In this document: positions 1 through 9,543 of the stretch, in pieces
Layout: every line of letters starts with the position of its first letter
How positions within the stretch are numbered: the first letter of the stretch is position 1
Origin: Gemmata obscuriglobus
Lineage (GTDB): Bacteria; Planctomycetota; Planctomycetia; Gemmatales; Gemmataceae
Reading direction: 5' to 3'
Assembly (NCBI RefSeq): GCF_008065095.1
Contig: NZ_CP042911.1
Coordinates: 5,100,001 to 5,132,000, forward strand
Length of the DNA stretch: 32,000 nt
The notes under the pieces: model-generated
Database searches by the model: none
What the model saw: the letters and a program-made list of their open reading frames with translations, nothing else
Told to the model about the DNA's origin: nothing
Translations under genes and position numbers: made by a program

Positions 1-162
1 CCGGCGCAGGCGCATGCTCGACTCCAGGCTGAGCTGCGATAGGACGTTCTCGGCTACGTCCACCGGCAGCACTCGGAGCAACATCAGGGCGGCATCTTCG
101 CCGTTAGACTCAGCCATGCGGGCTACCAGTTGGGCAAAAGTCGAGCGGGTGCGTTGGGTCAT
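1..162 (-). CDS. fliG: Flagellar motor switch protein FliG, N-terminal fragment (continues beyond window start)
   Basis: Not in the ORF track (54 codons). A minus-strand ATG at 160-162 lies 1 nt after the fliF stop. Translation is MTQRTRSTFAQLVARMAESNGEDAALMLLRVLPVDVAENVLSQLS. The position after fliF and the Leu-rich helical N-terminus fit FliG. Confidence 0.5.
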   Translation of the reverse strand, partial: MTQRTRSTFAQLVARMAESNGEDAALMLLRVLPVDVAENVLSQLSLESSMRLRR

Positions 163-163
163 C

Positions 164-1735
164 TCAGATTGACTTCTCGCCAAGCATGACACTGAGCACA
201 TGCACAACGGTGGCAGGCTCGTTTCGGGCCATGGTCTGGAACCGAATCAGCTCGGCGTTGCGCCGTTCTTCCGTCGTGGGCGGCGGGGTCGGGGCGACCG
301 GACCGGTCGGACCCGCACCGGCTGTCTCTGCTCCGGGTTCAGTTCCGGTTGCCCCTTGAGCTTCCGGAACCGGCCGGCGGCGAAGGAGTAGCAGCCCAAT
401 TACCAGGAAGGACAAAACGGCCGCGAACGCCACACTCAAGTTCCGCGCGAGGCTCACATACGTCTGGATCCGCTGAAGCCGAACGAGCGTGTCATCCGGT
501 TCCCCGGCGTTCGGTCCGGTCAGCGGTGCGCGAGCGATTGTAACACTGTCGCGTCCCGGACGGAAGCCGACTGCTTGGCGGATAATTTCTTCCGCGTCAG
601 CTTGGCTGATAACCGCTTGCCCATCGGCTGCCGTCAGATCCACGAGGGCCGCAACGCTCAGGCGGGTCACCGCTCCGCTACCCTCTTCAATGTCGCGGAG
701 CGTTTCAGAAACAAGGAAGTCGGTCTGGATCACCTCTTCTTTAGACGTTCCGCCACCACTACCGGCATTGGCGGTGCTTCCACCGGTGCGGGTGATGTTC
801 GCGGTTGCGCCTGTCACCCCACCGGCCCGGGTCCCCGTGCTGGTCGAGTTGGCAGTTCGTTCCGCCACCCCGACGCGTCCATCAGGCGAGTAGGTTTTAA
901 CACGTTCCTTGATTTTCTGGAAGTTCACATCTGCGCTAACCCGAATCACCGCCCGACCGGGGCCGAGAGTCTTGCTTAACATCTCCTCGGCCTTCGTGGA
1001 GAGATAAGTCTCAAGTCGCTCTATGTATTCAAGTTGCGGCGTCGGAAGCCCGCTCCGGGCCGCAGCGTTCGGGTCAGACAGCAGTCGCCCACCGGTCTCC
1101 ATTACGGTAACATTTTCGGGCCGCAATCCTTCAATACTGTGTGCGACCAGCGAGACGATGGCGCCAGCCGTTGCCGGGTTCATCGTCATCCGCGGTTTCA
1201 ATTTTATGACCACACTGGCCGTCGGGTTCTTCTGGTCCCGAACAAATGGAGATGGTTCGGGCTTGGCGATCATCACCCGTGCCGACTGTACCGATTCCAT
1301 TTGCATGATGGAACGCGCTAGCTCGGCCTGGAGTGCCCGCTGATAGTTGACGCTCTGGACGAACGGGGTGGTCATGAGCGAGGTTTCGTCGAACACCTCG
1401 AACCCCTTGCCACCACGAGCCGGTATGCCGGCACCCGCCAGCGACACCACCGCCTCGGCGTATCGCTCGTCCGGGACCTCGATCCCGGTTCCTCCGCTAC
1501 TAAGCCGGAACGGAATCCCGTCCCCGCTGAGGCGGGTGCGCATGGCGGACACGTCCTCGGGCGGGAGCGGCCCGGCGCCGAGCGGCGTGTACCGGCCCCC
1601 GGGGGAGAGGTACACCACCGCCCCGAGCGCGAGCAGCACGCCGAGGAAGCTCAGGACCACGCCGATGCGGCGACCGGCGCTGAGACCGGCCCAGTAGGCG
1701 CGGGCTTGTTCGAGCAGGCGGTTGAACACGTCCAT
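164..1735 (-). CDS. fliF: Flagellar MS-ring protein FliF
   Basis: 523 aa. It has an N-terminal TM helix (IGVVLSFLGVLLALGAVVYL), a YscJ/FliF-type core (FVQSVNYQRALQAELARSI, ARVMIAKPEPSPF) and a second TM helix near the C-terminus (VAFAAVLSFLVIGLLLL). Gene order is flgB-flgC-fliE-fliF-fliG. Confidence 0.9.
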   Translation of the reverse strand: MDVFNRLLEQARAYWAGLSAGRRIGVVLSFLGVLLALGAVVYLSPGGRYTPLGAGPLPPEDVSAMRTRLSGDGIPFRLSSGGTGIEVPDERYAEAVVSLAGAGIPARGGKGFEVFDETSLMTTPFVQSVNYQRALQAELARSIMQMESVQSARVMIAKPEPSPFVRDQKNPTASVVIKLKPRMTMNPATAGAIVSLVAHSIEGLRPENVTVMETGGRLLSDPNAAARSGLPTPQLEYIERLETYLSTKAEEMLSKTLGPGRAVIRVSADVNFQKIKERVKTYSPDGRVGVAERTANSTSTGTRAGGVTGATANITRTGGSTANAGSGGGTSKEEVIQTDFLVSETLRDIEEGSGAVTRLSVAALVDLTAADGQAVISQADAEEIIRQAVGFRPGRDSVTIARAPLTGPNAGEPDDTLVRLQRIQTYVSLARNLSVAFAAVLSFLVIGLLLLRRRPVPEAQGATGTEPGAETAGAGPTGPVAPTPPPTTEERRNAELIRFQTMARNEPATVVHVLSVMLGEKSI

Positions 1736-1806
1736 GCGTCACCCGATCGTGTCTGACAAAGAAGGAGCGGTGTGCCGAGCGCGGGCCGCGTCGTGCGGCC
1801 CGGGGA

Positions 1807-2118
1807 CTACACCTGCATGCGGGTCACTTCTTGGAACGCATCGGTCAGCCGGTTTCGCAATTCGAGGATCAGCCGGAACGAGAGGTCCGCTTGCGCCACG
1901 GCGAGGCTGACCGTGTGAAGATCCTGGGCCTCACCCGTTGCGAGCGACTGAACCGCGGCGTCGGCGCCGCGGTTGGCCTCAATGTTGCCGTTCAGCACGC
2001 TGTTTAGCACGCCGGCAAACGGTGCCCCACCCGGCGTCAGGTCCGCCGGGGCTTGCGGGGCCAGCAGCGGTTGGAGCCGGGACAGTGGTGCGACGGTCGC
2101 GATCGAATCCACGGGCAT
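1807..2118 (-). CDS. fliE: Flagellar hook-basal body complex protein FliE
   Basis: 103 aa. The C-terminal stretch DLHTVSLAVAQADLSFRLILELRNRLTDAFQEVTRMQV is the typical FliE signature. It lies between flgC and fliF. Confidence 0.8.
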   Translation of the reverse strand: MPVDSIATVAPLSRLQPLLAPQAPADLTPGGAPFAGVLNSVLNGNIEANRGADAAVQSLATGEAQDLHTVSLAVAQADLSFRLILELRNRLTDAFQEVTRMQV

Positions 2119-2135
2119 GACGGAACCCTCGTGTG

Positions 2136-2570
2136 TTAGCTGCGGAGCAGGACCAGCGCCTGCTCGTTCATCTGGCGGAAGGTCTGCGCGGCGCGCAGGT
2201 TGGCCTCGTACGCGCGGGTGGCGGTCAGGAGGTTCACCATTTCAATGGGCAGTTGCACGTTGGGCATCCGGACGAAGCCCTCGGCGTCCGCGTCCGGGTG
2301 CCCCGGTTGGTGCACGCGGGGCAGTTCGGTCGGGTCCTCCACACGCTCGACCGCTACGACGCCGCGCAGGTCCGGGCCGCCGAACGGCCCGGCCGCGGCC
2401 CCGAGCAACTCTTCGAACACCACATCTTGGCGGCGGTACGGACCGCCGTTGGCAGACCGGGTGGTGTTGGCGTTCGCGATGTTGTTCGCGATCACCTCCA
2501 TCCGCAGCCGCTCGGCCGACATGCCGGTGCCGCTGATCGCGCTACCCGCGAATAGGTCGTTAAAAGGCAC
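2136..2570 (-). CDS. flgC: Flagellar basal-body rod protein FlgC
   Basis: 144 aa. It has the N-terminal rod motif ERLRMEVIANNIANANTT and the C-terminal motif VNLLTATRAYEANLRAAQT. Confidence 0.9.
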   Translation of the reverse strand: MPFNDLFAGSAISGTGMSAERLRMEVIANNIANANTTRSANGGPYRRQDVVFEELLGAAAGPFGGPDLRGVVAVERVEDPTELPRVHQPGHPDADAEGFVRMPNVQLPIEMVNLLTATRAYEANLRAAQTFRQMNEQALVLLRS

Positions 2571-2587
2571 GGGTTACTCCCTCGGAA

Positions 2588-2938
2588 CTAGCGGCCACTG
2601 ATCGCGGACCGCAAGGTCCCGACGCGGCTCGCGATGATCTGGGTGGCCGCTTGGTACAGCAGCGCGTTCTTGGCCAGCGCGTTCATCTCGGCGTCGATGT
2701 CCACGTTGTTGCCGTCGACCCGCTCGGGGCCGTCGCCGGTGACCACGCGGGGCTTCACCGGGGTGCCCCCGGTGGGCGAGGCTAGGGCTTTGGCGAGGTC
2801 GGCTTCAAACGCCACTTCGAGGCGCTTGTAGCCGGGAGTGTTCACGTTCGCGACGTTCTGCGCGATGACGCGGTGCCGCAACCCGGACGCGTCCAGGAGT
2901 TGCGTCAGCACGCTCAGGCCGGGAAGGTTGGTGTTCAT
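2588..2938 (-). CDS. flgB: Flagellar basal-body rod protein FlgB
   Basis: The ORF-track ORF extends to 3037, but rod-protein similarity starts at an internal Met (MNTNLPGLSVLTQLLDASGLRHRVIAQNVANVNTPGYKR). The extra 33 codons lie in AT-rich intergenic DNA. Confidence 0.8.
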   Translation of the reverse strand: MNTNLPGLSVLTQLLDASGLRHRVIAQNVANVNTPGYKRLEVAFEADLAKALASPTGGTPVKPRVVTGDGPERVDGNNVDIDAEMNALAKNALLYQAATQIIASRVGTLRSAISGR

Positions 2939-3048
2939 ATCGGTAAAATCGGAAAAAATCGGCCGGAACTTGAATCGATAATAAGGGCAGTGCAGACCGG
3001 GAGATTGCGCGACAGAGGAGGTCCGCAGGGCATTCAAAATGGGGTAAA
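2939..3048. promoter_or_regulatory. AT-rich divergent promoter region between flgB operon and fliK-like operon
   Basis: This 110-bp spacer is much more AT-rich than its surroundings. The plus strand has AAAA-N16-TCGATAAT (about 2955-2982), which loosely resembles the sigma-28 consensus TAAA-N15-GCCGATAA. The minus strand has GCCGATTT (2963-2956) upstream of flgB. This is motif resemblance only. Confidence 0.3.
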
Positions 3049-4557
3049 GTGAATTTTATGCAAGTCACCCCTGCTGACATTGTCTCGGTCACCACGGCCC
3101 AAGTGAGCGCGTCGGCGAGCGTGCGCGTGGTAGCCGGGGACCTCGCGTCCGTGCCGCTCGGCTCGCTGCTGCAAGCGGTGGTAACGCAAGTGGACCCGCG
3201 CCAAGCAACGCTGGACGTGAACGGGCAGTCGTTGACCGTTCGCCCGCCCACCGGGTTGCAGACCGGCGCCGTGTTGTTCGTGCGGGTGCCGAGTACCGGC
3301 GGTGGCGTACTCGAAGTCACGCCCCCACCGCGGGCGCCGAAGCCCGAAGTGCAGTCGGTCCCGACCGGTTCAACCCAGGTGAAGGTCGTTGAGGTTCTTG
3401 ACACGCTCCCAGACGGTCGTGTGCAGGTGCGGATCGAGGGTCAGGAACAAACGGCTACCGCGCGCGACCCGCTGACGCAGGCTCCTCTGCCCCTGGCCCC
3501 GGGAAGCCGGGCCGTTCTCGAACTGGTTCCGACACCTGCCGGCGTCGTTTTGCGCCCGCCGGCTGAAACACCAGTTCTGCCCGTGGCGGTGGCAACCGCG
3601 CTGTTGCAAGCGACGCCGACCAACGACCTGACGGCGGCATTGAAGCCACTCCAGGCCGAATTGACCCAACTCGTGGAAGGCACGGCGGTCATAGTTCGGG
3701 GGGAGGAAGTAAAGCTTGTCGAAGCGCTGGGCGGTAAAGGCGCGCTGGATAGTAAGGGCGGTACGACCGAAACGCTTCCCCCGCGGTTGCCGTCCGCGGT
3801 ACGAGAGGCCGCAGAAGCGGTCCGTGAAACGATCCGGTCGCTGGTTCCGACCGAGCCACGCGTTCCGAACGCAGCGGACCTTCAAAAGTTGGTCGAAAAC
3901 GGTGGCCTCCATTTCGAGGCGAAACTCGCTCGGCTCGCTGAAGACCCTCAACTCGCCGGTGCGTTGCCGCGACAAACCGCGTCGGAGGTGCGCGGCGACC
4001 TCCGTGGTGATTTGAAGGGCGATCTCCTGCGGTTGATTCAGACGACCCGCGAATTCGGACTGGCGGTACAGTTTCCCGCCGCGCGGGCAGCCCTTGAGGG
4101 TATCGAGGCACAGCAGGCCACGCAAACGCTGGCGCAGGCGACCGGAACGCCGTACATCCTTCAGGTGCCGTTTCCGGACCGCGATCAGTGGCGGACGCTG
4201 CACCTCGCGGTCGAGCGTGAGGGGCAATCGAGCGACGAAAGCGAGAACGAGAGCGGCCCCGGACGGTTCCGGATGCTCATGCACGTGCCGCTCAGTGAAT
4301 TGGGCGAAACGTGGATCGACGCCGGGTTGAGCGGCGGTCAGTTCCGAGCCGCGATCTACCTCGACCGGTCTGAGATCCGCGACCGAGTGCGTGAGGCCCT
4401 GCCCGAACTGCGTACCGAGCTGAGTACCGACGGGTTCGGAGAAGTGCTGCTGGACGTACGCGCAACCGCCGACCTGCCCAAGAAGACCCGCGAACGCTCG
4501 TCCGCGATGCTAGCCGGGCGCCCGGCCTCGACTTCCCTTCTCGATGTGAGGGCGTGA
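3049..4557 (+). CDS. FliK-like flagellar hook-length control protein
   Basis: 502 aa (alternative ATG at 3058). The central part is Pro/Ala/Thr-rich and extended. The C-terminal segment (RFRMLMHVPLSELGETWIDAGLSGGQFRAAIYLDRSEIRDRVREALPELRTELSTDGFGEVLLDV) fits the FliK C-terminal Flg_hook pattern. It is divergent from flgB and coupled to an FlhB-like gene. Confidence 0.6.
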   Translation: MNFMQVTPADIVSVTTAQVSASASVRVVAGDLASVPLGSLLQAVVTQVDPRQATLDVNGQSLTVRPPTGLQTGAVLFVRVPSTGGGVLEVTPPPRAPKPEVQSVPTGSTQVKVVEVLDTLPDGRVQVRIEGQEQTATARDPLTQAPLPLAPGSRAVLELVPTPAGVVLRPPAETPVLPVAVATALLQATPTNDLTAALKPLQAELTQLVEGTAVIVRGEEVKLVEALGGKGALDSKGGTTETLPPRLPSAVREAAEAVRETIRSLVPTEPRVPNAADLQKLVENGGLHFEAKLARLAEDPQLAGALPRQTASEVRGDLRGDLKGDLLRLIQTTREFGLAVQFPAARAALEGIEAQQATQTLAQATGTPYILQVPFPDRDQWRTLHLAVEREGQSSDESENESGPGRFRMLMHVPLSELGETWIDAGLSGGQFRAAIYLDRSEIRDRVREALPELRTELSTDGFGEVLLDVRATADLPKKTRERSSAMLAGRPASTSLLDVRA

Positions 4558-4558
4558 G

Positions 4559-4828
4559 ATGGCAAAGCAGGACCAGAAGCGCGCCGTGGCGCTGAGCTAC
4601 GACCCCGCCAAGGATCGCGCCCCGAAGGTGGTCGCGAAGGGGAAAGGGCGCACCGCCGAGCAGATCCTGGCGCTGGCCCGTAAAAACGCGGTGCCAGTGC
4701 GCGAGGACCCAACGCTCGTCCAGGTGCTGAGTCGACTCAAGGTGGACCAAGAGATTCCGCCGGAGGTGTATCGCGCCGTGGCGCTGATCCTCGCGTTTCT
4801 GAACCGCGTAAACCGCCCCGGTGGGTAG
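4559..4828 (+). CDS. Stand-alone FlhB C-terminal domain protein (EscU/YscU/HrcU switch-domain family, COG2257-like)
   Basis: 89 aa. AVALSYDPAKDRAPKVVAKGKGRTAEQILALARKNAVPVREDPTLVQVL...EIPPEVYRAVALILAFL aligns with the FlhB segment downstream of the NPTH autocleavage site. It has no TM region and no NPTH. The ATG lies 1 nt after the fliK-like stop. Confidence 0.75.
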   Translation: MAKQDQKRAVALSYDPAKDRAPKVVAKGKGRTAEQILALARKNAVPVREDPTLVQVLSRLKVDQEIPPEVYRAVALILAFLNRVNRPGG

Positions 4829-5006
4829 GCGGTCGGTTCGCGCGACACCACTTCACGAACCACGGCCCCGTATGCGGGTGAAATCGCCTGACCTGACAGT
4901 GCGCGGCCACAGCAGCTCGCAACGCCTCACGCAGACGTGGCATACGTAACGCGGTCCTCTGATCAGCTTAACGTGTGTCTGCAATCGAATTTTGCCACAT
5001 CAACCT

Positions 5007-6191
5007 CTACGGCACGTGTGCCGAGGTACGTTCCCGCGCCAGCCCCTTCCACTCCGAGTAGCGGCTTCTCAGCCCCAACCGCTCCAGGTAAGCCCAGTCG
5101 GGCTCAGCGCCCTCGTCCTCTTGCAGAATCGCGTCCGCCGCATGTACCGCGGTGAGAGGTGTGAATACGGTCCCCGGGCACCCCGACGGCTGATGGTGCC
5201 ATGCGACCGCTTCTACTAGGCCGTCGGGCAGGCCCCAGAGCCCGAGCAAGTACGCACCCACCTCAGCGTGCGACGTTCCCAGCACTCGCGTTTCGGCAGC
5301 CACCGCACTCAGGTGCTGGTGCCGCATAAGTGCGAGTATTTCTTTGTACGGCCCGGTGAGCTGGCTCGCGAGCGTGAGCCGACCGATGTCAAGGAACAGC
5401 CCTGCGAGTGCGGATTCTCGAATTACCCGCTCCTCCGCTCGCTCGGCGACCGCGATGGCGGCGGCCAGTTCCGCCACCGCTTGGCTGTGCTCCCACAGCG
5501 CTTCAATCGAAAAGGGACGGAGTGCGTACGGGTTGTAGTGCGAGAACAGGTCAACTGCGAGCACCAGTGTGCGGGTCAGGTCTGCCCCGAGGATGCGCAC
5601 CGCCTGCGACGGGGTCGATGCCGGCCGGCGCAGTCCTACCAGGGCCGAGTTCGCCATCTGGAGCAGTTTCGCGGAGATCCCCAAGTCCTGCGCCACCAGC
5701 CCACCGACCGTGGCCAGCGAGAAGTCGGGGAACGCTAGCTCCTCGGAGATCCGCGTATAAACTGCCGACAGTGCTGGAATCGTGGTGAGTCGCCCCACAA
5801 GTGCGGCCAGCGACGGGCTGTTGAGCAGTTCGCGAAGCGAGTACGTCCGCTGAATCACACCGACCAACTCGTCCGGCGGACACGGCCTTGGAAGCACGCG
5901 GTGGGCCAGCGCGACCAGCCCGATGACCTCCGTTCGTCCCGGTGCGGCCAGCACCACCCGGGCCATCGACGGGTTCCGGCGGCGCCCCTCGGTGAGCAGT
6001 TCCGTCGCCCCGTTGGCGGGCAGGTGCGCGTCGAGTACGAGCGCGTCGAAGCGGAGCCCGAGCAGGTGTTTCACGGCCTCGGTGCCGCTCGAGAACGTGG
6101 CCTCCCACTCCGCGACGAGAGGCGCGAACGTGTCGCGCAGCGCGCGCCGCACCGCCGGGTCGTCGGTGACGACAAGTACACGCCGGCTCAT
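5007..6191 (-). CDS. Response-regulator receiver + HDOD domain protein
   Basis: 394 aa. The N-terminal receiver shows VLVVTDDP...DALVLDAHLP. The HDOD pattern is LPALSAVYTRISEELAFPDFSLATVGGLVAQDLGISAKLLQMANSALVGLRRPASTPSQAVRILG. The start overlaps the kinase stop (ATGA at 6188-6191). Confidence 0.8.
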   Translation of the reverse strand: MSRRVLVVTDDPAVRRALRDTFAPLVAEWEATFSSGTEAVKHLLGLRFDALVLDAHLPANGATELLTEGRRRNPSMARVVLAAPGRTEVIGLVALAHRVLPRPCPPDELVGVIQRTYSLRELLNSPSLAALVGRLTTIPALSAVYTRISEELAFPDFSLATVGGLVAQDLGISAKLLQMANSALVGLRRPASTPSQAVRILGADLTRTLVLAVDLFSHYNPYALRPFSIEALWEHSQAVAELAAAIAVAERAEERVIRESALAGLFLDIGRLTLASQLTGPYKEILALMRHQHLSAVAAETRVLGTSHAEVGAYLLGLWGLPDGLVEAVAWHHQPSGCPGTVFTPLTAVHAADAILQEDEGAEPDWAYLERLGLRSRYSEWKGLARERTSAHVP

Positions 6192-8326
6192 AGTTCCGAC
6201 CCCCCGGCGGTAGGGGCGGCGAGTCGCTCACGGGTTTTACTCCCGCCGGTCCGCTGGCGCAGGGCCCGTTCGGTGCACCGAATCAGGTCGAACGGCGTGA
6301 ACGGCTTCGGCAAGAACACGCCGTCGGCGAACCCGTCGGTTCGGCGCAGGTCGGGAACGAATCCGGACATGAACACGACTGCGATCTCTGGGCGCTCGCC
6401 CCGCGCCCGAGTTGCCAGCTCGCGGCCGTCCATGCCGGGCATCACCAAGTCCGTCACCAACAGGTCGATGTCGCGCCGTGTGGCCAGCAGCGCCAGAGCC
6501 GTTTCCGCCCGGTCCGCTTCGGTTACCGCGTACCCCCAGCCCTCAAGGGCAGACCGCACTGTCTTGCGCACCCGCTCCTCGTCCTCCACGAGCAGCACCA
6601 TCCGCGCGGCTCGCGCGGGGAGCGGCACTGCTCCCGGTGTTGTCACCGGCGGGGGCGTGGGCGCGATCACCGACGGGAGCCGGATGTGAAACGTCGTCCC
6701 CGCTCCCAGCGCGGTGAGTACCTCGATTCCGCCGCCCGCCTGCTCGACGATTCCGTGCACCGTCGCAAGGCCCAGCCCGGTGCCCTTGCCCATTTCCTTG
6801 GTGGTGAAGAACGGTTCGAAGATCTTGGCCTTCACGTGTTCCGGCATCCCGCACCCGGTGTCGGCGACCGTGAGCTTGGCGAACTGCTCGGCCAACCCGG
6901 TCGCGATTCGCAGGGTGCCGCCGTCGGGCATGGCGTCACGGGCGTTCACAGCCAGATTCATGAGCACCTGCTCGAGGTGCCCACGGTCCGCCCGCACGCG
7001 CACCGGCTCGGGCGCCAGCTCGGTGCGAACCGCGATCCGGTTCCCGATCAGACGGGCAAGCAGCCCGCCGAGTTCGGACACCACCTCGTTCAGATCCAGC
7101 ACCTCGGGGCGAGACGGCTGCTTGCGGCTGAACGCGAGCAACTGGCGCGTGAGTGCCGTGGCCCGGTCGATGGCCGCCTGGATCTCGTCCACGTAGCTGC
7201 CGATCATCGGGTCGCCGGCGGGCAACCCGCGGATCAGGTGGATGCTCCCGGTAACGATGGTGAGCAGGTTGTTGAAGTCGTGCGCCACTCCGCCCGCTAG
7301 CCGCCCGATCGCCTCCATCTTGTGCGCGTGTCGCAGCTCATCTTCCAGTCGCTTGCGGGAGGTAACGTTCTGTGCGACCCCGACGACGCCTATCACCCGA
7401 CCGGTTGAGTCGCGGAGCGGCACCCGGTTGGTTAGGAACGTCGCCCGCGTACCGTCTGGTAAGGTGCGCGTCTCCTCCACGTCTAGCAATGGCTGGGCCG
7501 ACTCGATGACCAACCGGTCGCTCTGACGCGCCTGTTCGGCCTCCTCGGCCACCCCTATCAGCTCTTCGTCGGTCTGGCCAATGACCTCGCCCGGGACGGT
7601 GAGCCCGTGGTCCCGCGCGGCTTGGTCGTTACACCCGATGTAGATGGACGCGCGGTCCTTCCAGAACACCGCACACGGGACGTTGGTTAGCACGTTCTGG
7701 AGCAGATCGTCCCGTTCCTTGAGTTCGCCTTCTGCCTTGCGCCGGTCGTTCGTGTCGCTCGCGACCACAAGCCGTAGCAGTAGCCCCCCGGAGGTAAGCC
7801 GACGTGAAGTCACCTCAATGGGCACCAGCGCACCGGAGGAGATCCGGTGCCGCCACTGGAGCGGGCCACAAGGGGCACCGAGCAACCGGTCCGCGTCCTC
7901 GTCGGGACACACGTCACGAACGCTTAACTGCAGTAGCCGCTCGCGAGCGTACCCAAACCGTCGCAGGACTGCGTCGTTGACCGCAACGAATCGGAGCGAG
8001 TCCTCGTCGAACGCCCAAGCCGGCGTCGGGTGGCTTTCGAACAGGAGTCGGAAGAGGTCGTCCGTGGTATCAGGTGGCGGACTCAAAGGAGCTGACGCCG
8101 GGTTCGGTGGTTCTGCTGAAAAGTTGATACCAGCAGGCGAAACGCGGCGCCGGCGCCGCAACTTTACTGCTAGGGCAACGATAATGAGGGTAAACAGTAA
8201 CGCCCCACCCGCTACCCCGAGCGCCACAGAACCGGCGAACGACACCGCGACGGTACCGGTTAGATCCGGCCCCGCCGTCGGCAATTCAGTTCGATCGGTC
8301 ATTAGTCCGCTCAATTCAAAACTCAT
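6188..8326 (-). CDS. Membrane-anchored PAS-PAS hybrid sensor histidine kinase with C-terminal receiver
   Basis: 712 aa. It has a TM helix ([19 protein letters not shown]), two PAS-like regions, an H-box ([11 protein letters not shown]), an N-box ([10 protein letters not shown]), a G1 box (DTGCGM), a G2 box (GTGLGL) and a receiver (MVLLVEDEE...[13 protein letters not shown]). Confidence 0.9.
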   Translation of the reverse strand: MSFELSGLMTDRTELPTAGPDLTGTVAVSFAGSVALGVAGGALLFTLIIVALAVKLRRRRRVSPAGINFSAEPPNPASAPLSPPPDTTDDLFRLLFESHPTPAWAFDEDSLRFVAVNDAVLRRFGYARERLLQLSVRDVCPDEDADRLLGAPCGPLQWRHRISSGALVPIEVTSRRLTSGGLLLRLVVASDTNDRRKAEGELKERDDLLQNVLTNVPCAVFWKDRASIYIGCNDQAARDHGLTVPGEVIGQTDEELIGVAEEAEQARQSDRLVIESAQPLLDVEETRTLPDGTRATFLTNRVPLRDSTGRVIGVVGVAQNVTSRKRLEDELRHAHKMEAIGRLAGGVAHDFNNLLTIVTGSIHLIRGLPAGDPMIGSYVDEIQAAIDRATALTRQLLAFSRKQPSRPEVLDLNEVVSELGGLLARLIGNRIAVRTELAPEPVRVRADRGHLEQVLMNLAVNARDAMPDGGTLRIATGLAEQFAKLTVADTGCGMPEHVKAKIFEPFFTTKEMGKGTGLGLATVHGIVEQAGGGIEVLTALGAGTTFHIRLPSVIAPTPPPVTTPGAVPLPARAARMVLLVEDEERVRKTVRSALEGWGYAVTEADRAETALALLATRRDIDLLVTDLVMPGMDGRELATRARGERPEIAVVFMSGFVPDLRRTDGFADGVFLPKPFTPFDLIRCTERALRQRTGGSKTRERLAAPTAGGSEL

Positions 8327-8337
8327 TGAGTGCGTCC

Positions 8338-8358
8338 GTGCCGGGGCTGACCCGGCAC
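8338..8358 (-). promoter_or_regulatory. GC-rich hairpin in the 5' leader of the histidine kinase gene
   Basis: gtgccggg-gctga-cccggcac forms an 8-bp perfect stem with a 5-nt loop. It ends about 12 nt upstream of the kinase ATG on the mRNA strand. Function is unknown. Confidence 0.2.
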
Positions 8359-8519
8359 GCCGGGCGGTCAGCGACCCAACTCTAGCTCACGCGGGTCCTG
8401 AACAGCGTGCCGGAAGCTCCTCCGGGCTCAACTTCTCGTACACTTTGACCGAAAATCAGACGCCTGTTGTTGTTCCGGACGAGATTTCTTACGCGGCTGA
8501 AAGGTACACGTGTCGTAGA

Positions 8520-9540
8520 TTATCCGTTCACGGGGTGGCGATGGGTGCCGGGAGGAGTGAGGGCACGGGTGTGCCGTTTCGTGCGGCCTGAATGGCGTCG
8601 GTGAGGAAGGGGAGCACGTTGCGGCCTTGCTGCTGGCACGAGGCCACGGCGGTGAGCACCCGCTCGACGAATCGGGAGCCGCGTTCGGAGTCGGTGCCGT
8701 AACTGGTTTTGCGCCAGCACACCGCGTGGCGCAGGGCCCGCTCGGCCGCGTTGTTGGTGGGCTCGACGCCGTCCACCCGGGCGAACGTGTACAGGGCTCC
8801 ACCGAACCGAAGCAACTCGCGGCACACGCCCGCGGTGATCGCGCACCCGCACGTGCGCCCGCGCCCCAGTTGGGCGTAGACGGCCGCCCGAACCCCGCCC
8901 AGGTGATGGGACACGAACCGGGCCCGGCTCAACATCCCGTCTCGCACCCGGGGCCACGCGCCCAGGAGCGCATCGGCCGAGGCCAACAGGGCGGTCCCGA
9001 TCGGGGACCCGTCGTTGCCCCGGTCGATCATCGCCTGGAAGTCCCGCCGCAGGTGCGCCCAACACACCTGGCGCCGGTCCGGTGACAGGTGGTCGTACAC
9101 CGAGTACCGGTCGGTGGTGAGCACACCCGGGGTTCCCGGGATCAGCTCGCCCAACACCTTGCGGGCTCGGGACCGGCGGATCACGAACCCGGTCAACCGG
9201 TCGGCCACCGCGACCCACAGCCAGGCCCGGCTCCGGCCCTCGCGCCATCCGGTCTCGTCCACGTTCGCGGGCCTCCCCGTGAGGTGGGCGTGGACCGCCG
9301 TGGTGACCGGCTCCCGGGCGCCCGCGGTGCGGTCCTGGAGGTGGCACACGGCACCCGGGCTGATCGGCACCCCGAACAGGTTCCTCAGCACCCGCGCGAC
9401 GCCCCGCTTGCCGAGTCGGTACGCCCCGGTCAGGACCGCGCAGGCGGCCGGGGTCCGGGGGCCGTATCCGCCCCGCACCCCGGGTGGCAATGGTGGGCAT
9501 GTGACCCGCGCGCAACGGGGGCAGGTGATAGGTTCATAAC
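8520..9540 (-). mobile_element. IS66-family element, copy 1, 5'-truncated
   Basis: The terminal repeat tatccgttcacgggg at 8521 matches the IS66 copy 2 end (gtatccgttcacgggg). Transposase similarity runs up to about 9535 (ITCPRCARVTCPPLPPGVRGGYGP). About 150 N-terminal codons and the other inverted repeat are missing. Confidence 0.8.
8528..9490 (-). pseudogene. IS66-family transposase, N-terminally truncated
   Basis: 320 aa ORF. It carries NVDETGWREG, DRYSVYDHL and VEPTNNAAERALRHAVCWRKTSYGTDS, and is collinear with residues ~170-end of the copy at 26153-27558. Confidence 0.8.
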
Positions 9541-9543
9541 AGG

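Noticed and set aside
2985-3010. Sigma-54 type promoter upstream of flgB (ctgcac-N5-ttat on the minus strand)
   Set aside because: It lacks the invariant GG of the -24 element and the GC of the -12 element. The match is too weak to call.
2939-3037. 5' extension of the flgB ORF (MNALRTSSVAQSPGLHCPYYRFKFRPIFSDFTD)
   Set aside because: The extension lies in the AT-rich intergenic spacer, has no similarity to rod proteins, and would leave only 11 bp between divergent genes. The internal Met at 2938 gives a normal-length FlgB.
3370-4284. 304-aa minus-strand ORF inside the fliK-like gene
   Set aside because: It is antisense to the frame that carries the FliK C-terminal pattern and is coupled to the FlhB-like gene. 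Its composition is Arg-rich, as expected for a shadow frame.
5010-5023. Palindrome cggcacgtgtgccg between the convergent flhB-like and HDOD genes as a bidirectional terminator
   Set aside because: It lies inside the last codons of the HDOD gene (…TSAHVP*). It has a 2-nt loop and no flanking U/A tract.
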